A stretch of DNA of 33,146 nt, from assembly GCA_902470265.1 (NCBI GenBank), contig CABRFW010000001.1, positions 1 through 33,146 of the forward strand, in the 5' to 3' direction. The position numbers and the translations under genes are program-made. The notes beneath the pieces are model-generated. The model did not search any database, was not told where the DNA came from, and saw only the letters and a list, made by a program, of their open reading frames with translations. The stretch's first letter is position 1. Each line of letters begins with the position of its first letter. Below are positions 1-10,005 of this stretch, piece after piece. The DNA comes from an uncultured Collinsella sp. Lineage in GTDB: Bacteria > Actinomycetota > Coriobacteriia > Coriobacteriales > Coriobacteriaceae.

Positions 1-601
1 TCGTGGGCTCGTCGGCAATCAGAATATCGGGATCGCAGGCAAGAGCCATAGCGATCATGACACGCTGACGCATACCGCCGGAGAACTGGTGCGGATACTC
101 ATTGACGCGCTTCTCGGGCTCGGGGATACCCACGAGGTCCAAAAGCTCGGTAGCGCGCTTGAGCGCCTCCTGCTTGGAGTAGCCACGGTGCAGACGAAGA
201 CCCTCGCCCACCTGCTTGCCGATCTTATAGACCGGGTTCAAGGAGGTCATAGGATCCTGGAAGATCATCGCGATATCGTTGCCGCGAATGTGCTGCATCT
301 CTTCCTCGGTCATTTCGAGGATGGAGCGGCCGCGATAGCGAACGTCACCGCCCTCGATCTTTCCCGGAGGCATCGAGATGAGGCCCATGATGGTCATGGC
401 GGTCACGGACTTACCGGAGCCGGACTCACCGACGACGCCCAGGGTCTCGCCGCGATCGAGCGTGTAGGAGACACCGTCGACAGCGCGAACAACGCCATCC
501 TCGGTGTGGAAATACATCTTAAGGTCATCGACCTCGAGCAGATGCTGGCCCTCAGGAACCGGCTGGTCCTTCAGGTCCACATAGTTCTTGTTCTTCTTCA
601 T
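1..601 (-). CDS. oppD: Oligopeptide/dipeptide ABC transporter ATP-binding subunit (partial, runs off left edge)
   Basis: Not in the ORF track. Manual translation from ATG at 601 gives [65 protein letters not shown] (Walker A), later [29 protein letters not shown]. It lies directly downstream of the permeases. Confidence 0.93.
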   Translation of the reverse strand, partial: MKKNKNYVDLKDQPVPEGQHLLEVDDLKMYFHTEDGVVRAVDGVSYTLDRGETLGVVGESGSGKSVTAMTIMGLISMPPGKIEGGDVRYRGRSILEMTEEEMQHIRGNDIAMIFQDPMTSLNPVYKIGKQVGEGLRLHRGYSKQEALKRATELLDLVGIPEPEKRVNEYPHQFSGGMRQRVMIAMALACDPDILIADEPT

Positions 602-603
602 CC

Positions 604-1539
604 TTATGCGTCCTTCATCTTGACGTCGAGGGCGTCGCGCAGACCGTCACCCAGCAGGGTGAAGGCGAGCACCGTCGAGAGAATTGCCAGACCGGGCATG
701 ATCATCATCCAGGGAGCGGTCAGAAGATACTGCTGACCGTCCTGAATCATGGAGCCCCACGAAGGCGTAGGCGGAATAACGCCCATGCCGAGGAAGGACA
801 GAGCGGACTCGGTCAGAATGGCGCCACCAATGTTCATGGTCGCGTAGACCACGATGGAGGCGACGGAGTTCGGGAAGATGTGACGCACGACGATACGAGC
901 ATCGGATGCACCCATCGCGCGCGCAGCGTCAACATAGTCGTTTTCCTTGACCGTCAAGATCGCAGAGCGGAAGACGCGCGCAATCGAAGGCCATCCGAGA
1001 ATACCGATGGCGATAAAGACGTTCTGAAGACCACGGCCGATAACGGCGATCATGGCGACAACGAACAGCACGTACGGGAACGCCAGGAAGATGTCCGCAC
1101 AGCGCATGATGATCGTATCCCAGATGCCGCCGTAGAAACCCGCCAGAGCACCCATGACCAGACCGATCAGCGTGGAAATCGCGGTGGCCATAATGCCGAC
1201 GGACAGCGAAACACGTGCACCGTAGATAACGCGGACGAGAATGTCACGACCTAGGGCGTCGGTGCCAAACGGGTGCTCGGCACACGGAGCCAGCAGCGAC
1301 GTCTGAGCCATGGTGGTCGAGTCGGAAGCCGTCGGCGAACCGAGCCAGGGCTTAGCCCACAGATCTGCGGTCAGGGCAACCACAACGACGATGATGATCC
1401 AGCAGACACCGATAACGGCGAGCTTGTTCTTACGAAGACGCTTAAAAGCGTCGCCCCACAGCGTGCGGGACTTGGCGGGAGCAGATGCGGCCTTGGTGGC
1501 GGTAGCCTGCTCCTGAGACTGAGAATCAGTTTCCTGCAT
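604..1539 (-). CDS. oppC: Oligopeptide ABC transporter permease (OppC/DppC family)
   Basis: [22 protein letters not shown] (EAA loop) and [10 protein letters not shown]...PSWG motifs; operon context. Confidence 0.93.
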   Translation of the reverse strand: MQETDSQSQEQATATKAASAPAKSRTLWGDAFKRLRKNKLAVIGVCWIIIVVVVALTADLWAKPWLGSPTASDSTTMAQTSLLAPCAEHPFGTDALGRDILVRVIYGARVSLSVGIMATAISTLIGLVMGALAGFYGGIWDTIIMRCADIFLAFPYVLFVVAMIAVIGRGLQNVFIAIGILGWPSIARVFRSAILTVKENDYVDAARAMGASDARIVVRHIFPNSVASIVVYATMNIGGAILTESALSFLGMGVIPPTPSWGSMIQDGQQYLLTAPWMMIMPGLAILSTVLAFTLLGDGLRDALDVKMKDA

Positions 1540-1553
1540 GAGACGTACCTCCC

Positions 1554-2591
1554 TTAGGCCTTATCCGACGGACCGCCAAGGCGGATGCGCGGGTCGAGGA
1601 ATGCATAGCTAATGTCGACGAGCAGGTTGATCACCATGACGACGACAACGATGAGCGTAACGCCGCCCATAACGATGGGCCAGTCACGCATGCTAATGGC
1701 GCGATAGACCTCATAGCCGATACCGGGCCAGTTAAAGACCGTCTCGGTCAGGATGGCGCCCGAAAGCATGCCGCCAAAGTCGACACCAATATAGGTAACG
1801 ACGGGGATGAGTGCATTCTTAAGCGCATGCTTGACGATGATCGCACGATTGGAGAGACCCTTGGCCTTTGCCGTACGGATGTAATCCTGGTTCATGACGT
1901 CAAGCAGCTGCGAGCGCATAATGCGCGCAGCATAAGCGGTCGAAACCGAAGCCAGCGTAATGGTCGGAAGCACATAGTGCATCCAATCCTGATACTGAGA
2001 GCTGGAACCGCCGGCACCCGAGATCGGCATGGAGATTGCACCGCCCGTGGCGTCCTTGAGGATGACGCCAAAGAACAGCTGCAGCAACATACCGAGCCAG
2101 AAGGCCGGGACCGCAACGAGGATCGACGTGGTGAGCGTTACCAAAATATCCCAGAAGGAATAACGCTTTACCGCCGAAATGATACCCGCACCGATACCCA
2201 TAATTGCCTCGAGCACGATGGCGCACGCGGCAAGTTTGACCGTATACGGATACTTCTGGGCAAAGATTTCCGTAACCGGCAGCTTGCGCTGATACGAATT
2301 GCCCAGATCGCCATGAAGCAGGCCGTTCATGTAATACAAGTAACGGTCCACGAGCGACGTTTGAACGGGGTCGCCGTTCTCGTCAAGGATCGCGTTGCCG
2401 TCCTCGTCCGTCTGGACCAGGTGATAGCGGACGCGAAGCTGAAGCTCCACCTCGGGGGACAGAGCCTTGTCTCCACCGATCAGCTTGATCGGATCTCCCG
2501 GCACGATATTCTGGAGGGCGAACAGAATCAGCGTAACGCCCAAAAACACCGGGATGAACTGAAGCACACGTTTAACGATGTACTTACCCAT
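1554..2591 (-). CDS. oppB: Oligopeptide ABC transporter permease (OppB/DppB family)
   Basis: VPGDP, GDLGNS, DYIRTAKAKGL, HALKNA, ETVFNWPGIG and DPRIR motifs. Confidence 0.93.
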   Translation of the reverse strand: MGKYIVKRVLQFIPVFLGVTLILFALQNIVPGDPIKLIGGDKALSPEVELQLRVRYHLVQTDEDGNAILDENGDPVQTSLVDRYLYYMNGLLHGDLGNSYQRKLPVTEIFAQKYPYTVKLAACAIVLEAIMGIGAGIISAVKRYSFWDILVTLTTSILVAVPAFWLGMLLQLFFGVILKDATGGAISMPISGAGGSSSQYQDWMHYVLPTITLASVSTAYAARIMRSQLLDVMNQDYIRTAKAKGLSNRAIIVKHALKNALIPVVTYIGVDFGGMLSGAILTETVFNWPGIGYEVYRAISMRDWPIVMGGVTLIVVVVMVINLLVDISYAFLDPRIRLGGPSDKA

Positions 2592-2617
2592 ACCACTCCC
2601 CTATCTAGGGATTAACC

Positions 2618-2654
2618 TAAATGGGATGCCGATCGCCAGACCGGCATCCCAAAA
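2618..2654 (-). terminator. Intercistronic stem-loop between the SBP gene and the permease (partial terminator or mRNA stabiliser)
   Basis: TGGGATGCCG (2622-2631) pairs with CGGCATCCCA (2642-2651); only a short ATTT tail on the minus strand. Confidence 0.6.
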
Positions 2655-2747
2655 TTACCATCAGCCAGTTTACCCCAGGTTAGGGAGAACTGTATGTTTC
2701 CCATGAGGTCTACGTAAATACTTGACCCTCACGGAAGCTGCAAACTC

Positions 2748-4424
2748 TTAGGCGAGCTCAGCGGTACCCAGATCGGCGTGCTTCTGCGGATCGACATAGA
2801 GGTGCTTGATGCGATCGGAGCCGGCGATGGTGTGCGTGTAGAACATAATCGGGATGACCGGGCAGTCGGCAGCGACCATTGCGTCGGCCTCCTGCATCTT
2901 AGCGACGCGCTCTTCGTCGTCAACCGTGGTACGGGCCTCATCGACCTTGGCGTCGAACTCGGGGTTGTTGTAACCAGAGCGGTTGTCGCCACCGAGGGAG
3001 TCGGAGTGGAACAGCGGATACAGGAAGTTGTCCATGATCGGGTAGTCGGCAATCCAACCCAGACGACCGAACTGATAGTTAAAGTTCTGATACTGCTCGA
3101 GCAGGGCAGACCACTCGGGGGTATCGGAGACAGCGGTAACGCCAACCTTGGCGAGGTCGCCGATGATGGACTCCATGATCTCCTTGTGGCCACCGTCCTG
3201 GTTGTAGGACAGAGTCACGTTAATGCCACGATCGCCGTTAGCGCCAGCGGGAGCAACCTTGTCGAGGTACTCGTTAGCCTTGTCGACGTCATAGGCGCAG
3301 AACTCCCATGCGCCCTCTTTGTAGCCATCGATGCCCGGAGGAACAATGCCGTCGGCAGGGGTACGGGTACCCTTGAAGATGGTCTTGCAGATGGCCTCAC
3401 GGTTGATGGCCAGGGAGATACCCCTGCGCAGGTCGGCGTTGTTGAACGGCTCGGCCGTGTTGTTGCAGGTCAGGTAGTAGGTGGAAGGCTCGGCGCCGAG
3501 CAGCATGCGCTCGCCGTCACCCATGGTGTAGCCGTCCTTGGACACGCCGCGATCCTTCTTGGCAGCGTCGATCTGAGCAACGGGAACGTCGCAGACATCG
3601 AGGTTACCGGCCTGGAACTCCTTGTAAGCGGTCTCCATGTCCTTGATGACCTGGAAGTGGATGCCATCGATCTTGGCCTTGTCGCCATAGTAATCGTCGA
3701 ACTTCTTGAGGTTGATCTCCTGACCATCCTCCCACTTGCCGTCCATCATGAACGGGCCGTTACCGACCGGTGCAAGGTAGAAGCTCTTGACATCGGACTC
3801 GGCGCACTCGGGAACCGGGGCCAGAGCCGGGTGAGAGGCGACGAAGGGGAAGTCGGCGTAAGCGGAAGACAGCTTGACGACGAGGGTCTCATCGTCGGGG
3901 CAAGTAACACCGCTGAGCTCGGTAGCGTTACCGGCAAGCAGGTCGTCATAGCCCTCGACCATGGAAAGGTGATAGGAGACCTCGGAAGGGCCGTACTCGG
4001 TAGCGATGGCCGACTTGGTGTTGACCAGACGCTCCCAACCGAGCTTGAAGGACTTGGAGGTAACGTCGTCACCGTTGTGGAACTTGGCCTTCTTGATCTT
4101 GAAGGTAAACTCGGTGGCGTCGTCGTTGGCCTCAAAGGACTCGCAAGCCAGCGGAACGATCTCGCCCTTCTCGGCGTCATAAGAGGTCAGAGCGTCAAAG
4201 AGCTGGTACTCGACCTGAGTGCCCTGGTCCTCCTGGACATTGTAGGGGTCGATGCAGACCGGGTTGTTGATGTAGAAGTTCAGCGTCGAACCGGACTCAG
4301 AACCGGAAGCGTCGCCGCCCTTCTTGCCGCATGCGGCAAGAAAAGCCATAGAGCTCGCAGCGAGGGTGCCGCCAACAAAGGCGCGACGACCCATAACGGG
4401 CTGGTGGAACATAGAATCAGCCAT
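2748..4424 (-). CDS. oppA: Family-5 ABC substrate-binding lipoprotein with Tat signal
   Basis: GRRAFVGG twin-arginine motif, LAAC lipobox, AKFHNG, PVGNGPF and LRRGISLAINRE; AAGGAGG RBS upstream. Confidence 0.92.
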   Translation of the reverse strand: MADSMFHQPVMGRRAFVGGTLAASSMAFLAACGKKGGDASGSESGSTLNFYINNPVCIDPYNVQEDQGTQVEYQLFDALTSYDAEKGEIVPLACESFEANDDATEFTFKIKKAKFHNGDDVTSKSFKLGWERLVNTKSAIATEYGPSEVSYHLSMVEGYDDLLAGNATELSGVTCPDDETLVVKLSSAYADFPFVASHPALAPVPECAESDVKSFYLAPVGNGPFMMDGKWEDGQEINLKKFDDYYGDKAKIDGIHFQVIKDMETAYKEFQAGNLDVCDVPVAQIDAAKKDRGVSKDGYTMGDGERMLLGAEPSTYYLTCNNTAEPFNNADLRRGISLAINREAICKTIFKGTRTPADGIVPPGIDGYKEGAWEFCAYDVDKANEYLDKVAPAGANGDRGINVTLSYNQDGGHKEIMESIIGDLAKVGVTAVSDTPEWSALLEQYQNFNYQFGRLGWIADYPIMDNFLYPLFHSDSLGGDNRSGYNNPEFDAKVDEARTTVDDEERVAKMQEADAMVAADCPVIPIMFYTHTIAGSDRIKHLYVDPQKHADLGTAELA

Positions 4425-4665
4425 GCCATCCTCCTTATGAGATAGGACAAAGAAATGTTCAGTCGGACATATGTCGAGACAATCCGATCCGAACCATCAA
4501 AACGCCGCCCGCTGCTATGGCTGGTTATGCACAACGGACCAACGTTTCGCAATACAGTAGCGCATTTTATGCACGATTTGGGGCTAATTCCGGTTAACGG
4601 TCGAGAATTTCTTTAGTTGGGCGAAGTATGTGGGGATATTTTGACTCTGTTACAAATATGTAAAC

Positions 4666-4692
4666 AAAAAGGGTCCCGCACCTGCGAGACCC
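4666..4692 (-). terminator. Rho-independent terminator after secG
   Basis: Minus strand reads GGGTCTCGCAGGTGCGGGACCC followed by TTTTT. Confidence 0.75.
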
Positions 4693-4717
4693 ATTGCAAA
4701 CGTATATACGCCGATGC

Positions 4718-4972
4718 TTAGTAGCCGACGATGCCCTGCGGGAAGAAGAACATGCACAGGACGACGCACACGGCAAAAACAACGGCCATAATTACCGTCA
4801 GGCGATCGAGGTTCTGCTCCATGACGCCCGTGGCAGAGCTGGAGTTATACAGCGAGCTAGCGATCATATCCGAAACGCCGGTGCCCTTACCGGAATGCAT
4901 CAGGACGAGAATCGTCAGCGCCACGGCAGAGACAGCCCAAACGACAAACAGAAGAATCTGGAACGGACCCAT
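4718..4972 (-). CDS. secG: Preprotein translocase subunit SecG
   Basis: 84 aa, two TM helices, LVLMHSGKGTGVS and EQNLDRLT motifs; usual position after the glycolytic genes; AAGGAG RBS. Confidence 0.93.
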   Translation of the reverse strand: MGPFQILLFVVWAVSAVALTILVLMHSGKGTGVSDMIASSLYNSSSATGVMEQNLDRLTVIMAVVFAVCVVLCMFFFPQGIVGY

Positions 4973-5008
4973 AGATAAGCTCCTTAATAGAACAGTTCAA
5001 GCTCCAAT

Positions 5009-5017
5009 ACTGTACCA
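5009..5017 (-). promoter_or_regulatory. Putative extended -10 promoter of secG
   Basis: TG-G-TACAGT about 40 nt upstream of the secG ATG and downstream of the gpmI terminator. Confidence 0.45.
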
Positions 5018-5076
5018 CAATCCCCCGCTCTCCCCTACCTGCCACTCAAGGACGGGGTGGAAATGGCAGAAATACC

Positions 5077-5110
5077 AAAAAGGGGGTTGTCCGGTTGTGG
5101 ACAACCCCCT
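5077..5110 (-). terminator. Rho-independent terminator after gpmI
   Basis: Perfect 12-bp stem AGGGGGTTGTCC/GGACAACCCCCT, followed by a T run on the minus strand. Confidence 0.85.
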
Positions 5111-5136
5111 TACTAGAAAACGGTATTTGTTTTCTA

Positions 5137-6690
5137 TTAGGCCTCGGTGGCGAGCACGCGGCCCGTCATCTCGGCGGAAGGCTCAATACCAGCCATGGTG
5201 AGCATGGTCGGAGCGATATCGGAAAGACGGCCGTCCTCGATACCGGTGAGCTGTGCCTTCTCATCAACGATGATGAACGGCACGCGGTTGGTGGTGTGAG
5301 CCGTAAACGGATGCTTGGAACCGTCGGAAGCAACGTCAAACATGTGATCGGCGTTGCCGTGGTCGGCGGTAATCAGTGCAAAGCCGCCCTTGGCGAGAAT
5401 CGCCGGGACAACCTTGGACAGGGCATCGTCAACAGCCTCGACAGCCTTAACGGCAGCGTCGAAGACACCGGTGTGACCAACCATGTCGCAGTTCGCGAAG
5501 TTCACGATGTAGAAATCAGCGCGATCCTCGTTGATGGCGGCGACGAGCTTCTCGGTAACCTCGGGAGCGCTCATCTCGGGCTGCAGATCGTAGGTAGCAA
5601 CCTTGGGGGAAGCGACGAGCACGCGCTCCTCGCCCTCCTTGGGCTCCTCGATGCCACCGTTGAGGAAGAACGTCACGTGGGCGTACTTCTCGGTCTCGGC
5701 AGTGTGCAGCTGCTTCAGGCCATTGGCGGCGATAACGTCGGCCAGGACGTTCTCGGGGAACGTCTTGGGGAAGGCGACCTCGACGTCAAACGTCGGATCA
5801 TACTCGGTCATCGTCACAAAGTGCGAAAGCTTGATCTGCTCGCGCTCAAAGCCGTCGAACTCCTTGTCCGTGAACACGCGGGTCATCTGACGAGCGCGGT
5901 CGGGACGGAAGTTGAAGAAGATGGCCGCGTCGCCCTCGTGAATGCCCTCGTTGTGGGCAGCGAAGGGCTCGACGAACTCGTCGCCGCGCGGGTCCTTCTC
6001 GTAGTAGGCCTTGATACCGGCAACGGGGTCGGTATCAGCATCGGACGCGTTGACCATGACGTCGTAGGCGCGCTGGATGCGCTCCCAACGATTATCGCGG
6101 TCCATGGCCCAATAACGGCCCGAGACGGTGGCAACGCGAGCGTCGCAACCGGTCTCCTCGGAGATCTTAGCCAGGAAGGCGCAGAACTCACTCATGTAAC
6201 CGGCACCGGACTGCGGGTCAACGTCGCGACCATCCATAAAGGCGTGGACGCGAACGGTCTTGACACCGTGCTCGGCAGCCATCTTGACCAGAGCCTCGAC
6301 GTGGTTCATGTGAGAATGAACACCGCCAGGGCTCATAAGGCCCATGAGGTGGAGAGTCTTACCGTCAGCCTTGACGTCGTCCATAGCCTTGACAAAAACC
6401 TCGTTCTTGGCGATGGAGCCGTCCTTGATGGCGTTGTTGATGCGCGAAAGCTCCTGGAACACGATGCGTCCGGCACCGATGTTGAGGTGACCCACCTCGG
6501 AGTTACCCATCTGGCCATCGGGAAGGCCCACGTCCTCGCCCGAAGCGCCGAGCGTGGTGTGGGGGTACTTCTCGTACAGGCTATCAAGGAAGGGCGTCTT
6601 GGCAGCGGCGACGGCGTTCTCGCCATCGGCCGGAGCAAGGCCGCAACCATCCATGATGATCAGGAGTGCAGGAAGATGACGCTGTGCCAT
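5137..6690 (-). CDS. gpmI: 2,3-bisphosphoglycerate-independent phosphoglycerate mutase
   Basis: LIIMDG, MGNSEVGH, GGVHSH, GRYWAMDRD, AETEKYAHVTFF, DMVGHTG and TADHGN motifs. Confidence 0.97.
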   Translation of the reverse strand: MAQRHLPALLIIMDGCGLAPADGENAVAAAKTPFLDSLYEKYPHTTLGASGEDVGLPDGQMGNSEVGHLNIGAGRIVFQELSRINNAIKDGSIAKNEVFVKAMDDVKADGKTLHLMGLMSPGGVHSHMNHVEALVKMAAEHGVKTVRVHAFMDGRDVDPQSGAGYMSEFCAFLAKISEETGCDARVATVSGRYWAMDRDNRWERIQRAYDVMVNASDADTDPVAGIKAYYEKDPRGDEFVEPFAAHNEGIHEGDAAIFFNFRPDRARQMTRVFTDKEFDGFEREQIKLSHFVTMTEYDPTFDVEVAFPKTFPENVLADVIAANGLKQLHTAETEKYAHVTFFLNGGIEEPKEGEERVLVASPKVATYDLQPEMSAPEVTEKLVAAINEDRADFYIVNFANCDMVGHTGVFDAAVKAVEAVDDALSKVVPAILAKGGFALITADHGNADHMFDVASDGSKHPFTAHTTNRVPFIIVDEKAQLTGIEDGRLSDIAPTMLTMAGIEPSAEMTGRVLATEA

Positions 6691-6695
6691 ATGTC

Positions 6696-7463
6696 CTACT
6701 CGCCTGCCTTGACGACCATAGAGGCGAAGTCGGCAGCCTTGAGCGAAGCGCCGCCCACGAGGGCGCCGTCAACGTCGGGCTTGGCGACGAGCTCGGCAAT
6801 GTTGCCGGGCTTGGCGGAACCGCCGTAGAGAACGCGGATGCCGTTGGCGAGCTCCTCGCCGAACATCTCCTTGAGGGTCTCACGGATAGCGCCGCAGACC
6901 TCCTGAGCGTCCTCGGCGGTAGCGGTCTTGCCGGTGCCGATGGCCCAGATGGGCTCGTAGGCGACGACGACCTGCTTGGGGCAGGTGATCTCAAGGCCAG
7001 CAAGGCCAGCCTTGACCTGGTTCACGACGTGCTCGACATAGGTGCCAGCCTCGCGGACCTCAAGGGACTCGCCGCAGCAGAAGACGGGAACAAGACCGGC
7101 GGCAACGAGGGCCTTAGCCTTCTTGTTCTGGTCCTCGTCGGTCTCGTGGAAGTAGTCGCGACGCTCGGAGTGACCGATAATGCAGTAGGTGCAGCCAGCG
7201 GACTTGAGCATGTCGCAAGAAAACTCACCGGTGAAGGCACCCTTGGCCTCCCAGTACACGTTCTGTGCACCGAGGGCGATGGGGGCAGCCTGAATGCGGT
7301 CATGAACCGTGGTGATGTCGATGGTCGGAGGGCAGACGAGCACCTCGACGCCAGCCGGAACCTCGGGCAGAGCCTGAGCCAGCTCGTCGGCGAGCTTGGC
7401 GGCCTCGGCGACGTCGTTGTTCATCTTCCAGTTACCAGCGATAAGAAGGGTGCGATTAGGCAT
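6696..7463 (-). CDS. tpiA: Triosephosphate isomerase
   Basis: AGNWKMN, IIGHSERR, AYEPIWAIGTG and LYGGS motifs. Start placed at ATG 7463 (MPNRT), overlapping the pgk stop. Confidence 0.97.
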   Translation of the reverse strand: MPNRTLLIAGNWKMNNDVAEAAKLADELAQALPEVPAGVEVLVCPPTIDITTVHDRIQAAPIALGAQNVYWEAKGAFTGEFSCDMLKSAGCTYCIIGHSERRDYFHETDEDQNKKAKALVAAGLVPVFCCGESLEVREAGTYVEHVVNQVKAGLAGLEITCPKQVVVAYEPIWAIGTGKTATAEDAQEVCGAIRETLKEMFGEELANGIRVLYGGSAKPGNIAELVAKPDVDGALVGGASLKAADFASMVVKAGE

Positions 7464-8646
7464 CGAGAAGCGCCTCCACTCCGGGCAGGGCCTTACCCTC
7501 GACGAGCTCCATGGAAGCGCCACCACCGGTGGAGATCCAGCTCATCTTGTCGGCCAGGTTGAACTTGTTGACAGCTGCGACGGAGTCGCCACCGCCGATG
7601 ATCGAGGTGCAGTCGGCCTCGGCGACAGCCTCGGCGATAGCCTGGGTGCCGTGAGCGAAGTTGTCAAACTCGAAGACGCCCATGGGGCCGTTCCAGAACA
7701 CGGTCTTGGCGCCCTTGACGGCCTCGGCGTAAAGCTCCTCGGTCTTGGGGCCGATGTCCATACCCTCACGATCGTCGGGGATAGCGTCGGAAGCGACAAC
7801 CTCGGGGACAGCGTCCTCGCCAAAGTGATCGGCAACGCGGTTGTCGATGGGGAGCAGGATCTTGACGCCCTTCTCCTCGGCCTTCTTGAGCATCTCGCCG
7901 GCGCGCTCGACCCAGTCCTCTTCCTTGAGGGACTGACCAACGGTCAGGCCCTGAGCCAGGAAGAAGGTGTAGGCCATGCCGCCACCGATGATCAGGGTGT
8001 CAGCGGAGTCGATGAGGTGATCGAGAACGCCGATCTTGGAGGAAACCTTGGAACCGCCGACGATGGCGACGAAGGGACGCTCGGGCTCGGCGAAGATGCC
8101 GGTCAGCGTGTCGACCTCCTTCTCAAGCAGGAAGCCAGCGACGGCAGGCAGGTAAGCGGCGGGGCCCACGACGGAACCCTGGGCGCGGTGAGCGGTACCG
8201 AAAGCATCGAGAACGAAGACGTCGCCATAGGAAGCGAGCTTCTTGGCGATCTCGGGATCGTTCTTCTTCTCACGCTTGTCAAAACGGACGTTCTCGAGAA
8301 CGAGGACCTTACCCGGCTCGACGGCGGCGACAGCCTCAGCAGCCTTCTCGCCGTAGGTGTCAGCGACAAAGGCAACGTCGAGACCAGAGAGCTCAGCGAG
8401 CTTCTTGGCGACGGGCTCGAGGGACAGCTCGGGCTGGAAGCCGGTGCCCTCGGGACGGCCGAGGTGGCTCATGAGGATGACACGAGCGTTGTGCTCAACG
8501 AGGTAGTTGATGGTGGGCAGGGCAGCCTTGATACGGGTGGTGTCGCCAACGACGCCATCCTTGATAGGCACGTTAAAGTCAACGCGGACGAGAACGCGCT
8601 TTCCGTCGACATCGATGTCGCGGACGGTCTTCTTGGTAAAGGCCAT
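7456..8646 (-). CDS. pgk: Phosphoglycerate kinase
   Basis: RVDFNVP, SHLGRP, DAFGTAHRA, WNGPMGVFE and STGGGAS motifs. Start at ATG 8646 after GAAAGG. Confidence 0.97.
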   Translation of the reverse strand: MAFTKKTVRDIDVDGKRVLVRVDFNVPIKDGVVGDTTRIKAALPTINYLVEHNARVILMSHLGRPEGTGFQPELSLEPVAKKLAELSGLDVAFVADTYGEKAAEAVAAVEPGKVLVLENVRFDKREKKNDPEIAKKLASYGDVFVLDAFGTAHRAQGSVVGPAAYLPAVAGFLLEKEVDTLTGIFAEPERPFVAIVGGSKVSSKIGVLDHLIDSADTLIIGGGMAYTFFLAQGLTVGQSLKEEDWVERAGEMLKKAEEKGVKILLPIDNRVADHFGEDAVPEVVASDAIPDDREGMDIGPKTEELYAEAVKGAKTVFWNGPMGVFEFDNFAHGTQAIAEAVAEADCTSIIGGGDSVAAVNKFNLADKMSWISTGGGASMELVEGKALPGVEALLDA

Positions 8647-8702
8647 GTTTGCTTCTACCTTTCGTACGTGTCTGCCTCCCATTACGGCAGACGATTTCTT
8701 AT

Positions 8703-8753
8703 AAAAAGGGCGCGACCCTAGGGTGTAAGCCCTATAAGGCCGCGCCCTTCTTT
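8703..8753 (-). terminator. Stem-loop with U-tail between gap and pgk
   Basis: Minus strand AAGGGCGCGGCC...GGTCGCGCCCTTTTT with an inner TAGGG/CCCTA stem. Confidence 0.7.
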
Positions 8754-8786
8754 AGACGCTCAACGAGCTATTCGCTAAAAGCTAAA

Positions 8787-9812
8787 TTAAGCAACGAACT
8801 TCTCGAAGTACTTGATGGTGCGGACCATCTGAGAGGTGTAGGAGTTCTCGTTGTCGTACCAAGAGGTGACCTGAACGAGGGTCTGGCCGTTGCCGAGGTC
8901 AGAGCACATGGTCTGAGTGGCGTCGAAGATGGAGCCGTGGGTCTCGCCGACGATGTCGCGGGAGACGATCTGGTCCTCGTTGTAGGCGAAGGTCTCGGGG
9001 ATGGTCTCGGCGTAGGCCTTCATGGCAGCGTTGACCTCGTCGACGGTGACCTTCTTGTCAACGACGGCGTAGAGGTTGGTCAGCGAGCCGGTCGGCGTCG
9101 GGACGCGCTGGGCGGCACCGATGAGCTTGCCGTTGAGCTCGGGGAGAACCAGGCCGATGGCCTTGGCAGCGCCCGTGGTGTTCGGGACGATGTTCTCGGA
9201 GCAGGCGCGGGAGCGACGGAAGTTGCCCTTGCGCTGCGGGCCGTCGAGCGGCATCTGGTCGCCGGTGAAGGCGTGGATGGTGGTCATGATGCCGGACACG
9301 ATGGGAGCGAAGTCGTTCAGACCCTTGGCCATCGGGGCGAGGCAGTTGGTGGTGCAGGAAGCAGCGGAGATGATGTTGTCCTCAGCGGTCAGCGTCTCAT
9401 GGTTGACGTTGTACACGATGGTGGGCAGATCGCTGCCGGCCGGAGCGGAGATGACGACCTTCTTGGCGCCAGCGTTGATGTGGGCCTGAGCCTTAGCCTT
9501 GCTGGTGTAGAAGCCGGTGCACTCGAGAACGACGTCGACGTCAAGGTCGCCCCAAGGCAGGTTGTTAGCGTCGGCCTCCTTGTAGATCTTGATCTCCTTG
9601 CCGTCAACGGTGATGGAATCCTCGCCAGCAACGACCTCGTGATCGCGAGCGTAGTTGCCCTGCGTGGAGTCGTACTTCAGCAGGTAAGCGAGCATATCGG
9701 GAGAGGTGAGGTCGTTGATAGCGACGATCTCGGAGCCCTCATGACCGAACATCTGACGGAAAGCCAGACGACCGATGCGACCGAAGCCGTTAATAGCAAC
9801 CTTTACTGCCAT
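8787..9812 (-). CDS. gap: Type I glyceraldehyde-3-phosphate dehydrogenase
   Basis: [25 protein letters not shown] and SWYDNE motifs. Start at ATG 9812 after AAAGGAGA. Confidence 0.98.
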   Translation of the reverse strand: MAVKVAINGFGRIGRLAFRQMFGHEGSEIVAINDLTSPDMLAYLLKYDSTQGNYARDHEVVAGEDSITVDGKEIKIYKEADANNLPWGDLDVDVVLECTGFYTSKAKAQAHINAGAKKVVISAPAGSDLPTIVYNVNHETLTAEDNIISAASCTTNCLAPMAKGLNDFAPIVSGIMTTIHAFTGDQMPLDGPQRKGNFRRSRACSENIVPNTTGAAKAIGLVLPELNGKLIGAAQRVPTPTGSLTNLYAVVDKKVTVDEVNAAMKAYAETIPETFAYNEDQIVSRDIVGETHGSIFDATQTMCSDLGNGQTLVQVTSWYDNENSYTSQMVRTIKYFEKFVA

Positions 9813-9884
9813 TGTGTCTCCTTTCGTAAGGCCCCCGCGAGCTACAGCGCCCGCCGTTGAGGCCCACAAACTAACCACTCGCCT

Positions 9885-9914
9885 AATATACCTTTTTTTT
9901 GACTTGAATTTCAC
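9885..9914 (-). promoter_or_regulatory. Putative gap promoter
   Basis: GTGAAA-N18-TATATT on the minus strand in an AT-rich intergenic region; the spacer contains A8. Confidence 0.45.
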
Positions 9915-9946
9915 GAGAATGCTCGAAATTGAAAATCAAATTTACG

Positions 9947-9960
9947 TTAAAACGTTTTAA
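9947..9960. promoter_or_regulatory. Palindromic operator-like site upstream of gap (LacI-family style)
   Basis: Perfect 14-bp palindrome TTAAAACGTTTTAA with a central CG. Confidence 0.5.
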
Positions 9961-10005
9961 ATACTAAAATAGCAGCTAAATCCATATATAAGTCGTTACT
10001 TCAAA

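Noticed and set aside
4561..4573. TGCATAAAATGCG upstream of oppA as an ArgR box
   Set aside because: The spacer is one base short of the consensus and there is no properly spaced second box; it may simply be a -10 region.
4990..4998. GAACAGTTC upstream of secG as a LexA box
   Set aside because: The spacer is 1 nt rather than 4.
9893..9900. T8 tract in the gap promoter spacer as a phase-variation switch
   Set aside because: Short tract in an AT-rich promoter of an essential gene; no evidence of length variation from one sequence.
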